From Bacteriovoracaceae bacterium (GTDB lineage: Bacteria; Bdellovibrionota; Bacteriovoracia; Bacteriovoracales; Bacteriovoracaceae), in the NCBI GenBank assembly GCA_018649885.1, contig JABIHA010000028.1, positions 50,807 through 70,806 on the forward strand: a DNA stretch of 20,000 nucleotides. The letters are read 5' to 3'. A model generated the notes under the pieces. That model was not told the DNA's origin. It saw nothing but the letters and a program-made list of their open reading frames with translations, and did not search any database. This document shows positions 1 through 7,624 of the stretch, one piece after another. Numbering within the stretch: position 1 is the first letter of the stretch; each line of letters begins with the position of its first letter. The translations under genes and the position numbers were made by a program.

Positions 1-57
1 TTATTTCTCAAATAATTATAATATTAATGGTGCAGTGTTTTTCTCCGAGTAGGGCGT

Positions 58-690
58 ATGACAAAGAATTTAGTTGTGGCATTCATTTTATTTCAAGCTT
101 GTGTATCATCAATTGTGAGTGCTGAGGAACCAACAGTTGGGACATTTGTGACACTGTCAAATTTGGAAGATTATTCTGAAAAAGAGGTAAGACAGTTAAA
201 GACAAAATTTGTATGTCTTGGAGATGAGAATTTTCAAAGTTTTGCTGACACACTCGGTTCTGGCCCATTTTTTACTCATCCTAAGTTAGCAGGTCTAACC
301 AGTACACTGAACGCTCAGTGTATCGAATCAATAGAAAATCATTCAGAGTCTCCGGATCAATTGATCACAAAACTTTATGTCACTTGTGATGATAGCTGCA
401 AGGAGTTTGATGGAGTTAAAAATAGCGGTGAAGCTTCACAGGCAACTAACAAATCAATTTGTAGGGCCCACTGCGTTTGGGCCAAAAGATTTGCTCAGGG
501 CAATCTCAGAGGCTACTCATCTGCCAGAGAAAAATTCAAGAAATTGAGCACTCAGTGTGAAACTGAACTCAGTGAGCTGAAACAAAGTGGATGCTCTTCA
601 TATATTGAAGGCTCTCCCACAAGAGAGTGGGGGGGACGTCAAATTCCAGTACCACTGGCACCTAGAAAGATGGGTGTTACCGTCGAGTAA
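58..690 (+). CDS. Secreted Cys-rich hypothetical protein
   Basis: 210-aa ORF; signal peptide MTKNLVVAFILFQACVSSIVSA|EE; 8 Cys in the mature part, including CDDSC and CRAHC; no recognisable domain. Confidence 0.8.
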   Translation: MTKNLVVAFILFQACVSSIVSAEEPTVGTFVTLSNLEDYSEKEVRQLKTKFVCLGDENFQSFADTLGSGPFFTHPKLAGLTSTLNAQCIESIENHSESPDQLITKLYVTCDDSCKEFDGVKNSGEASQATNKSICRAHCVWAKRFAQGNLRGYSSAREKFKKLSTQCETELSELKQSGCSSYIEGSPTREWGGRQIPVPLAPRKMGVTVE

Positions 691-800
691 AAATATTGTT
701 CAGGAAGATTGTATTAGACAGATGTATGCTGCACTGAGTGCTTGTGCCAATGTCACTGAATAAAATTGGCATTGATGTAAAAAAGTTATTTAATTTCTAC

Positions 801-2004
801 ATGAGAATATTTTTTATTTTTTCAACCTTACTACTCTTAGTTTCTTGTGGAGAAGATAAGGCTTACGATCAGTATGTGAACGTTAGCTTTAATGCCCCAG
901 GAGAAGGAGGAGCTAGCTTTTTTTCTCCTGAAGCAATGGTTGTAGCAACTCCCGCTGTGAGCTCGGCTTCAGATATTGATTGCTACGCAATTATGGTGGA
1001 GTACCCAGATCACACAACTTCCAGTTATTGCAATAATCAGCATGATTCTAAGGTATTTTATATAGACTCAATTGGAGGAATGTCTGCTATCAACTCAAGC
1101 CTGAGTATGACTTTAAAAGTAGAAGATCATGTCACTTTTCATTTGCTCGGTTGGGGCAGTAATAATGGTTGCAACAATATTGGAAATTTTAGCTCTAATG
1201 AATCAAACTTATCAAATTCCTACTGGCTGGGTAGTTTTATTGAAGATGTAAAACCAACGGCCTCAAACAATTTTAGCTTTGCAGGGACATGGGATGCCTC
1301 ACAATATATGGGAACCTGTGCAGGTAGTGTTTTTGGCGCTGGACAAGCGGCAGGAGCAAATTACTACCAAACGATTATAACAGACTCACCTCTGTCGTAT
1401 TATAGATTATCTGCTGATACAACCGATGATTTTAGCAATGAAAGTATTGCAGATTTTGGGGGGCCTGTCTTTGGCCAAGCGGGGGCCACAACTGATGGAA
1501 ATTCATCAGTCTCTTTTAATGGCAGCTCACAATATATGTGGTCAGCATCGGCTCCAGGTTTTCAATTTGCATCTACAACTGATTTTTCAGTAGAGGCCTG
1601 GGTTAACCCTTCACAATTGAGTAGTATGCAATACATTGTTGCTCATACTCCTGGATCTCATGGTTATAAATTGTTAATTGATTCCTCTAATAACCCCGCA
1701 TTTTACATCACTGGGGGGGGCGGGGAGCATTCAAGTAACCTCAACTGTAACAGTCAGCACATCAACCTGGTATCACATTGTAGGAACCTATGATGGTGCA
1801 GGGAATGCCTATATTTATGTCAACGGGGTTTCTAACACCGCTAGTGGTACTGCAGGAACTATTACTTGGACATCTGCTCAGCTTGGCGTGGGTAGTAATA
1901 CATCTGGCAGTGGCAACTACTTTGGGGGCTATATGGATGAGCTCGCCATATATGGCACCGAACTGAGTGCAGGACAAGTTCTTAATCACTATAGTAATAG
2001 ATAG
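801..2004 (+). pseudogene. LamG/concanavalin A-like domain lipoprotein, frameshifted at G8 tract 1713-1720
   Basis: ATG at 801 gives MRIFFIFSTLLLLVSC (lipobox). The first frame holds the LamG N-half (PLSYYRL, SVSFNG, DFSVEAWVNP); the second frame (1678-2004) holds the C-half (WYHIVGTYDG, IYVNG, YFGGYMDELAIY..LS..QV..HY). Removing one G joins them into a 400-aa protein. Confidence 0.85.
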
Positions 2005-2118
2005 CTTCCATTAAATGAATTCTATTGGATACTTTTCCAATTTTTCTCCCGTGAAACCGGTGATCTTGATTGCTATGATAGTTATAGAGATCAATAAAAT
2101 AACACTAAGGGGGAAAAA

Positions 2119-2910
2119 GTGAGTACTTTCAAAGTTCTATTTCTGGCACTCGTGATGGTTACTACCACAATTAATTCGGCCATGAGTCAAGCAAACTTCT
2201 TTAAAGCTAGTAGGTCTGATTTAAATGCACCACCATATATTCAATTTGGTGGTGATGACAGGGCCGTGTGTGCGATCATGCAAGGCTACGTTCCTACCGG
2301 GCATCCATTTTATACGGCAGAGATAGCTAGGATCGATCAATGCGCAAAAGAGGCACAAGACAGTGGAGTTTCCCTTACTTCAAATGATATTTGGAATTGT
2401 GAATATGTAACAGGTAGCATTCATTTTTGTGTAAATGCGGCCAAAAGAAAGGATCCATTTTTAGACATGTTCAGAAATGATTTTACAAACTACTACCAAT
2501 GCCTCAAAGACTTTGATTTAAAACCTGGAGCTTTAAGAAATGCTAACTTTCCCTACAACCGCAGGAACAATACTCGTACTGAGCGAAATCAAGATATCGT
2601 GGTATCAGTGCTGGCGGGAGAGGATTCTCCTATATGTCGAGGAGCTGATTATGTGAGTTTTAACTTCGACAATGTTGACTACAGAAAATGCATGAAACAT
2701 TTTAAAGCTAAGGACTATCCACATTACTATAGTGATAGCAGGCATATTCAAACTGTAAAATTATGCATGAAATTGTCAAAAACTGAGGAAGGCAAACAAA
2801 AAATAGCAGGTATCATCCAAGCAGAAACAGCTAGAAATGATTATGAAAATAGTTTTAAAGGCTGGTATGATTCTGCTGTCGAGTATACAAATACAGTTAT
2901 TCTTGAATAA
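2119..2910 (+). CDS. Secreted Cys-containing hypothetical protein
   Basis: GTG start after AAGGGGGA; signal peptide; 8 Cys; 3' end overlaps the convergent gene by 14 bp. Confidence 0.8.
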   Translation: MSTFKVLFLALVMVTTTINSAMSQANFFKASRSDLNAPPYIQFGGDDRAVCAIMQGYVPTGHPFYTAEIARIDQCAKEAQDSGVSLTSNDIWNCEYVTGSIHFCVNAAKRKDPFLDMFRNDFTNYYQCLKDFDLKPGALRNANFPYNRRNNTRTERNQDIVVSVLAGEDSPICRGADYVSFNFDNVDYRKCMKHFKAKDYPHYYSDSRHIQTVKLCMKLSKTEEGKQKIAGIIQAETARNDYENSFKGWYDSAVEYTNTVILE

Positions 2911-3838
2911 TATAGAGAGCTTTTACTTGAGATATTCCGGGATTTATTGGCGCTGCCACGCTCGATGAACTCGGAAGTAGCTCTTGGTAAACATTCCCGA
3001 TAACTATCACCTTTTTTCCCTCAAACTTTTCAATCTCAATAATTGGTCTTAATGCCAGTGGGTCATTAATTTGAAAAAGGGATACACCAGACTTTTCTGA
3101 ATCATCTAAGACTATTTCTACATGGCCTTTAAAATTCTCTTGCTCAAGTTGCATCATTCCAACATCTACTTGGGTATAGATGCCTTGTAGTTGAACAACT
3201 TGTCCATTGTGCTGACTAATTTCTGCAAGTGAATGAATTTTTGGGAATTGCTCTGAGTTTTCATAGCTGTCTGGAAATATGACTTTACTCCTACTCTCTA
3301 AATAGACTTTAGGCTGAAGGCGATCGCTTCCTTTATCATCTGTTTTCTGCATGAGAATGTCAGAGGGAATTAGCTGATGGAGTTTCAGAATTTTCAACTC
3401 ATAAAATGACATAACTTCCGTAGCGCCACCGCCGAAGGCCGGAGCGGGGGGCGGGGCCTTGGAATTTGTAACTTCTTGAATAAATTGTTTCTTCATTTCA
3501 AGCTGAACTTTTGCGTGAATTTTAACAACTCCCCATGTTTGTAAGATGCCATGTTGATCTTTTAATATAGAGGTATCACCAAGAAATTTTATAGCTCTGC
3601 CCTGTGATAAAGAAATTGTATTCTCAGGCCAGTCTACTACAGGAAGACCTTCAAAGTGCGGCTCTTTTTTCAATCTGAGAAAAAAAATGGCATCTTGGGG
3701 GACTTCGGTGGTGGCGATGGAAATGGGTGTCGATTGGTCCATTTTTGTAACCTTTATCTCCTTTTTGTGACTGCATCCAAATGAGTATAAAAATACCCAA
3801 AGGCCTAGACATTGAATAGGGAGGCCAAGTTTTTTCAT
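2897..3838 (-). CDS. Hypothetical lipoprotein, possibly with OB-fold-like domain(s)
   Basis: 313-aa ORF; MKK, hydrophobic stretch, then SFGC lipobox-like; segments HNGQVVQLQGIY and FEGKKVIVIGNV resemble OB-fold strands; internal PPPAPAFGGG loop. Confidence 0.7.
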   Translation of the reverse strand: MKKLGLPIQCLGLWVFLYSFGCSHKKEIKVTKMDQSTPISIATTEVPQDAIFFLRLKKEPHFEGLPVVDWPENTISLSQGRAIKFLGDTSILKDQHGILQTWGVVKIHAKVQLEMKKQFIQEVTNSKAPPPAPAFGGGATEVMSFYELKILKLHQLIPSDILMQKTDDKGSDRLQPKVYLESRSKVIFPDSYENSEQFPKIHSLAEISQHNGQVVQLQGIYTQVDVGMMQLEQENFKGHVEIVLDDSEKSGVSLFQINDPLALRPIIEIEKFEGKKVIVIGNVYQELLPSSSSVAAPINPGISQVKALYIIQE

Positions 3839-3885
3839 ATCGTATATACTCTAAAATACTCCAAAATAGCTAAAGAAGCCAATCT

Positions 3886-4114
3886 CTAATGTAAGGGGTG
3901 TGTATCAGTTTTGATGGTGAGGAAATTATCAATTGTTCCACTCTTATTTATTATTATTGGATAAATTGTGTTATCTACCCAAGATTCATTTCCATCTATA
4001 GAATTGTTTTTAATTTCTTGATGAAATATTTTCCCAAAAGCTTTGTGGGTAATATTTTGAATTTACGATTTGGTGAGTTTTTCCAATCAATTCTTTTCGA
4101 GTAAAGCCACTTAT
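3886..4114 (-). pseudogene. Decayed PAS/PAC sensor-domain fragment
   Basis: Manual minus-strand translation gives ISGFTRKELIGKTHQIVNSKYYPQSFWENISS from 4114, then after a frameshift near 4020 EIKNNSIDGNESWVDNTIYPIIINKSGTIDNFLTIKTD (stop 3888-3886); matches the PAS-PAC pattern ISGYSREELIG..H....S..H....W..I...EIKN..KDG..YWV..TI.P...G....I.TD. Confidence 0.8.
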
Positions 4115-4291
4115 TTGGCCAGTTACTTTGTATAAATTGGAACAAAAATTTAGGACAAAGTGTTCGGGCCACTTCTATACAATGAATAACTACTTGGATT
4201 CATATAAAAATACCTAACTGCATCAAATTGTCGCTGCTGTACAAAAGGAGTAATTAAATATATTTGGTTTGAAACTATTGAAGGGGAAAAA

Positions 4292-5737
4292 ATGCACAAA
4301 TTTCTTAAGTTATTACCACTTTGTCTATTGGTCTCATGTGGCGGTGGAGGCGGTGGTGGTGATGGTGCTCCCAGTGCAGGACAAAAGGCCTTTACCTCAA
4401 AGCAATATGGTAGGCCCATAATGCTTGCTTTTCAAGATCCAAGTTGCCAGAAGGGAAAGGCATTAGAGGTAGGCACACTAGGAAATTACAATTTAAGCTA
4501 CATAAAAGAGGGTAGAGCTTACAATGGAGTTCATTCTCTTTCATCATTTTCTTCCAATCAAAACCTGAAAAGCGAGGCCGTTAAAAATATTATCGGCGGA
4601 ATGCACTTTAGCTTCACTCATCAAAATGGGAGAAGTGAGTACAATAGTATCTCTAAAGGACAGGGGATTAAAATATGTGACACTCACTATTCATCTGGCT
4701 ATCTTGAAATGGCAACTCTGACGACACTTATGTCAATAGACAAGGCCTACTCTTTTCATAAGAGTCTTAGTGGCTCAAAGAATTTGAAAGCAATTGATTT
4801 ATTAATGTATCCAACAATAGTAGATATTTATTATTTTGAAGATGAGAAAAAAGTGGAAAAGATTGTCAGCACCAATGTTGATAATGCTTACTATTTTAAA
4901 GGCTCGAGTGAGATCGCAATCCTTCCTCAAGGGCGAAATTCATATAATAAAGGAGCTAGTGGTTTTTTATCAGGCCACGCCATTTGGGAAATCCCTTTTG
5001 TTGCGGCCCATGAATACGGACACCATGTCTTTTCCAGTTATTACCAAACAAATAACAAAAATCTCTACAATCAATTAAGAAAAGCAAACGATCAACACAA
5101 AATGGAAGTCGTCTATAAAGAGGTTCATCCTGAAATCCTCAGAAAGCTTGCAAGTTCTAAATCTCAAAGATATGAGGATGGAAAGCTTCTCTACGGTGAT
5201 GATCGTCAGGAGGCTTATCGTAAGGTTAAGAAAATTAACGCTGTCAAAGCACTTAATGAAGGATTTGCTGATCTATTTGCCTATTATTCTCTTGGAAAAG
5301 AGATGGCGAATTTGAAAGACATCAATTGCTTTAAAAACTCTAGAGATGTTTTTGTGGATAGTTTTTCAAGCTCACTTAAGAAAGAGCTCAGTTCTTGGTT
5401 TGAGTACAATTACTTTTCTACTTATGTGGTCGAACGTCCTAAAGACTGCAATACTCCTTATGTTCAAGACTCTCATGCTATGGGAGCGATCATGGCCTTT
5501 GGAGTGGACAAACTTTTCTCTACTGTATCCTCACTTGGAACAAAAAAAGGTCAACTTCTTATTAAATGGCTGAAGTCCATGGATAAGATTTATGAGAAGG
5601 ACTTGGCACCTAAAACCTTACTTAAGACTTCTATTCTTGCTGCCTTTGAAATTGTTGAAGAGGATCAAGGATCACCAATCAACCATGAACAATGTCTAGC
5701 AATGAAGATATTTGACAAGTACAAATATTGCCACTAA
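4292..5737 (+). CDS. Lipoprotein zinc metalloprotease, gluzincin (thermolysin M4 / fungalysin M36-like)
   Basis: LVSC lipobox then Gly7 linker; DNAYY (cf. thermolysin NAFW); VAAHEYGH at 5009-5023; ALNEGFAD third ligand at 5258; downstream DSH..G.I. Confidence 0.85.
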   Translation: MHKFLKLLPLCLLVSCGGGGGGGDGAPSAGQKAFTSKQYGRPIMLAFQDPSCQKGKALEVGTLGNYNLSYIKEGRAYNGVHSLSSFSSNQNLKSEAVKNIIGGMHFSFTHQNGRSEYNSISKGQGIKICDTHYSSGYLEMATLTTLMSIDKAYSFHKSLSGSKNLKAIDLLMYPTIVDIYYFEDEKKVEKIVSTNVDNAYYFKGSSEIAILPQGRNSYNKGASGFLSGHAIWEIPFVAAHEYGHHVFSSYYQTNNKNLYNQLRKANDQHKMEVVYKEVHPEILRKLASSKSQRYEDGKLLYGDDRQEAYRKVKKINAVKALNEGFADLFAYYSLGKEMANLKDINCFKNSRDVFVDSFSSSLKKELSSWFEYNYFSTYVVERPKDCNTPYVQDSHAMGAIMAFGVDKLFSTVSSLGTKKGQLLIKWLKSMDKIYEKDLAPKTLLKTSILAAFEIVEEDQGSPINHEQCLAMKIFDKYKYCH

Positions 5738-5754
5738 CAATTTTCACTAACTTC

Positions 5755-5778
5755 CAGTGCACCAATTGAGGTGCACTG
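5755..5778. repeat. Perfect 9-bp inverted repeat downstream of the protease (terminator-like or REP-like)
   Basis: CAGTGCACC-aattga-GGTGCACTG, 17 bp after the stop codon, followed by a small GAGAC-ttt-GTCTC hairpin; no clean U-tract. Confidence 0.55.
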
Positions 5779-5988
5779 AGACTTTGTCTCTCAATTACTT
5801 TCTAAGCATATATCGTATGAGTCAGTACAAACATAAAGACCTTAGGGGGATACAAAAATTGGAGGCATTGAGGGGTTGTGTGATAAAGAAAATAGCATAG
5901 AATTGGAATTTTAAAATAGTTTATCAGGGTATTGAAACCAGTATAGGTTAGCTAGCAAAATCAGTAACGATCGAAACATTCGTTTTTA

Positions 5989-6783
5989 TTAATGGGCAAT
6001 ATAAAATACGACCCTCTTAGGAATTACGAATTTCCCCAATTTTTCGATTTCATTACTTAATCCCTCAAATAGTAATTGAAAAAATGGTTCGTCTAGGGCC
6101 TGATACTTCATCATGGACTTACAGTACTCTGCTAATGGTGCTGGATCCGTTACATCCAAGTAGTCATCAATTTCATATTTTTCATAGGAGTTAAAAACCT
6201 CAGTAATTAACTTATCAGCAACAGATTCATTGAACCTGTCGATGCTTGACTGCTCAGTTATTTGGTAATTGAGTTTATTCTCTTTTATTAATGATTTTAT
6301 GAAGTCATCAATTCTTTTCATGTGTAAGTCACCTAAGGTGGCAAGTGATGCTTTGCCTTCAGGTGTTAACATCCCTTTAATGCTCATCAATGCCTGCTTA
6401 GGGTTGCCAGAGTGGTAGAGCATAAAGTGGGCAATAACTAGGTCAAATTGACTTGCAATATTTGGGGTGTCGATATCAAATTGTGAGAACCTAAAACGGT
6501 GGTCCTTGATTCTATCCCTTGTCGTCTCGAGCATTCCAGAGGAGATATCAGTAAGGGTAACACAGGAGTTTTCGTTAAGTTTCTTAAGTGCTGTATCCCA
6601 AAATATACCTGTACCACATCCAATTTCGAGAATTTCTTTTGAGTTCTTCCAAGGGTACTTAGATGCCAGCAGAGGCCAGAAATTTTTATTAATTCTTGTA
6701 AATTGTTGGTGCAGGCCAACTCTGGACTGGAGATTAGAGCTGGTTTTGTATTGGACGTCTCGAATTAATTCTTTTGAAAACAT
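5989..6783 (-). CDS. Class I SAM-dependent methyltransferase
   Basis: Motif I ILEIGCGTG, LTDISSGML, FDLVIAHFMLYH, L.P.G; no signal peptide. Confidence 0.92.
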   Translation of the reverse strand: MFSKELIRDVQYKTSSNLQSRVGLHQQFTRINKNFWPLLASKYPWKNSKEILEIGCGTGIFWDTALKKLNENSCVTLTDISSGMLETTRDRIKDHRFRFSQFDIDTPNIASQFDLVIAHFMLYHSGNPKQALMSIKGMLTPEGKASLATLGDLHMKRIDDFIKSLIKENKLNYQITEQSSIDRFNESVADKLITEVFNSYEKYEIDDYLDVTDPAPLAEYCKSMMKYQALDEPFFQLLFEGLSNEIEKLGKFVIPKRVVFYIAH

Positions 6784-6815
6784 AAGCTATAATTTCATAT
6801 TAATGGCGTTTTAGG

Positions 6816-6846
6816 AAGGGTGCTGAGTATTTCGCTCAGCACCCTT
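6816..6846. terminator. 12-bp perfect stem-loop after the CARDB-like gene (terminator or mRNA-stabilising hairpin)
   Basis: AAGGGTGCTGAG-tatttcg-CTCAGCACCCTT, 9 bp past the stop at 6856; lacks a poly-U tail on either strand. Confidence 0.55.
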
Positions 6847-6855
6847 AGGATCGTG

Positions 6856-7452
6856 CTATTTCTGTTTTAAATATGGAGTACAGTCATTATAACTTGTAGG
6901 CTGTATAGGGATTATCCCTTGGTCCACGTGGTAGCAGAATTTTTGAGTGTTATTATTGACCTCATTGGTTTCCGTCACATCTTGATTGTGATCAACACTT
7001 ACTTCAAAGTAAAAAACTTTACAGGCCGGAGTATCTTGTGAGCCTGGGATTTTCCAAGAAGCATTCATGTATTCATAACCGTAGGCAGGTACAGGAGTTG
7101 GGATTACAAATTGGGCCACCGTTGAATAGTTGTAGCCATTGCAAACATTAGTCGTATCAAAACCAACTTCAGCATCATTTTTCATACATACTCCAAGCGT
7201 ATAATCATCCTGCTCAAAGTTAAAAATTTCAAAGTCAACAGTAGTGTCTCTTGTCCCAGGTACTGTAGACATAGAAAAAGTAGCAATATCAGTTGAAAGA
7301 TCCACCTTTTTGACCCAACCAATAGCTGAAAGCCACTTGCAAGGATTTTTATGCAAATTGGGCTCAAGCCTTACATTTTTTAAATCAAGTTTTGCAAAGG
7401 CCGCTGATGAAAAAATTAAAGAAGTCATAATCGTTAGATAAATAAATTTCAT
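6856..7452 (-). CDS. Secreted protein with CARDB-like Ig-fold domain
   Basis: Strong SD GGGGAGGG; signal peptide ending AFA|K; VSVDHNQDVTETNEVNN matches the CARDB signature VD..N.V.E.NE.NN; 6 Cys. Confidence 0.75.
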   Translation of the reverse strand: MKFIYLTIMTSLIFSSAAFAKLDLKNVRLEPNLHKNPCKWLSAIGWVKKVDLSTDIATFSMSTVPGTRDTTVDFEIFNFEQDDYTLGVCMKNDAEVGFDTTNVCNGYNYSTVAQFVIPTPVPAYGYEYMNASWKIPGSQDTPACKVFYFEVSVDHNQDVTETNEVNNNTQKFCYHVDQGIIPIQPTSYNDCTPYLKQK

Positions 7453-7502
7453 TTTCCCTCCCCAAGAAAGAATACAAATAAAATATGTAATGTGCTATTT
7501 GG

Positions 7503-7518
7503 TGCAAAGTACATACCA
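7503..7518 (-). promoter_or_regulatory. Putative sigma54 (-24/-12) promoter of the CARDB-like gene
   Basis: Minus strand TGGTATGTACTTTGCA: exact GG-N10-GC spacing with TTGCA, 50 bp upstream of the ATG. Confidence 0.6.
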
Positions 7519-7624
7519 CTTGAGGGGATTTAACCTTCTGGAATCCAGTGAGAAAAATTATCGAAATTGATCATCTAGGCAAAAGTGTATAAAAAATTCA
7601 ATTTTTTGCCTAAATAAAAAATCA

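Noticed and set aside
738..800. GTG start at 738 for the LamG gene
   Set aside because: ATG 801 places the lipoprotein signal at the N-terminus; the extension looks like promoter DNA
1678..2004. Independent 108-aa gene
   Set aside because: It is the out-of-frame C-terminal half of the LamG domain
2057..2073. CCGGTGATCTTGATTGC as a sigma54 promoter for the gene at 2119
   Set aside because: Spacing is GG-N11-GC, one base off the strict requirement
3898..4104. 68-aa + strand ORF
   Set aside because: Antisense shadow of the PAS remnant; composition typical of AT-rich non-coding frames
4150..4419. 89-aa Pro-rich minus-strand ORF
   Set aside because: The poly-Pro is the antisense reading of the protease Gly7 linker
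5817..5900. 27-codon ORF MSQYKHKDLRG... in the convergent gap
   Set aside because: No SD and no recognisable similarity; other frames checked also gave nothing
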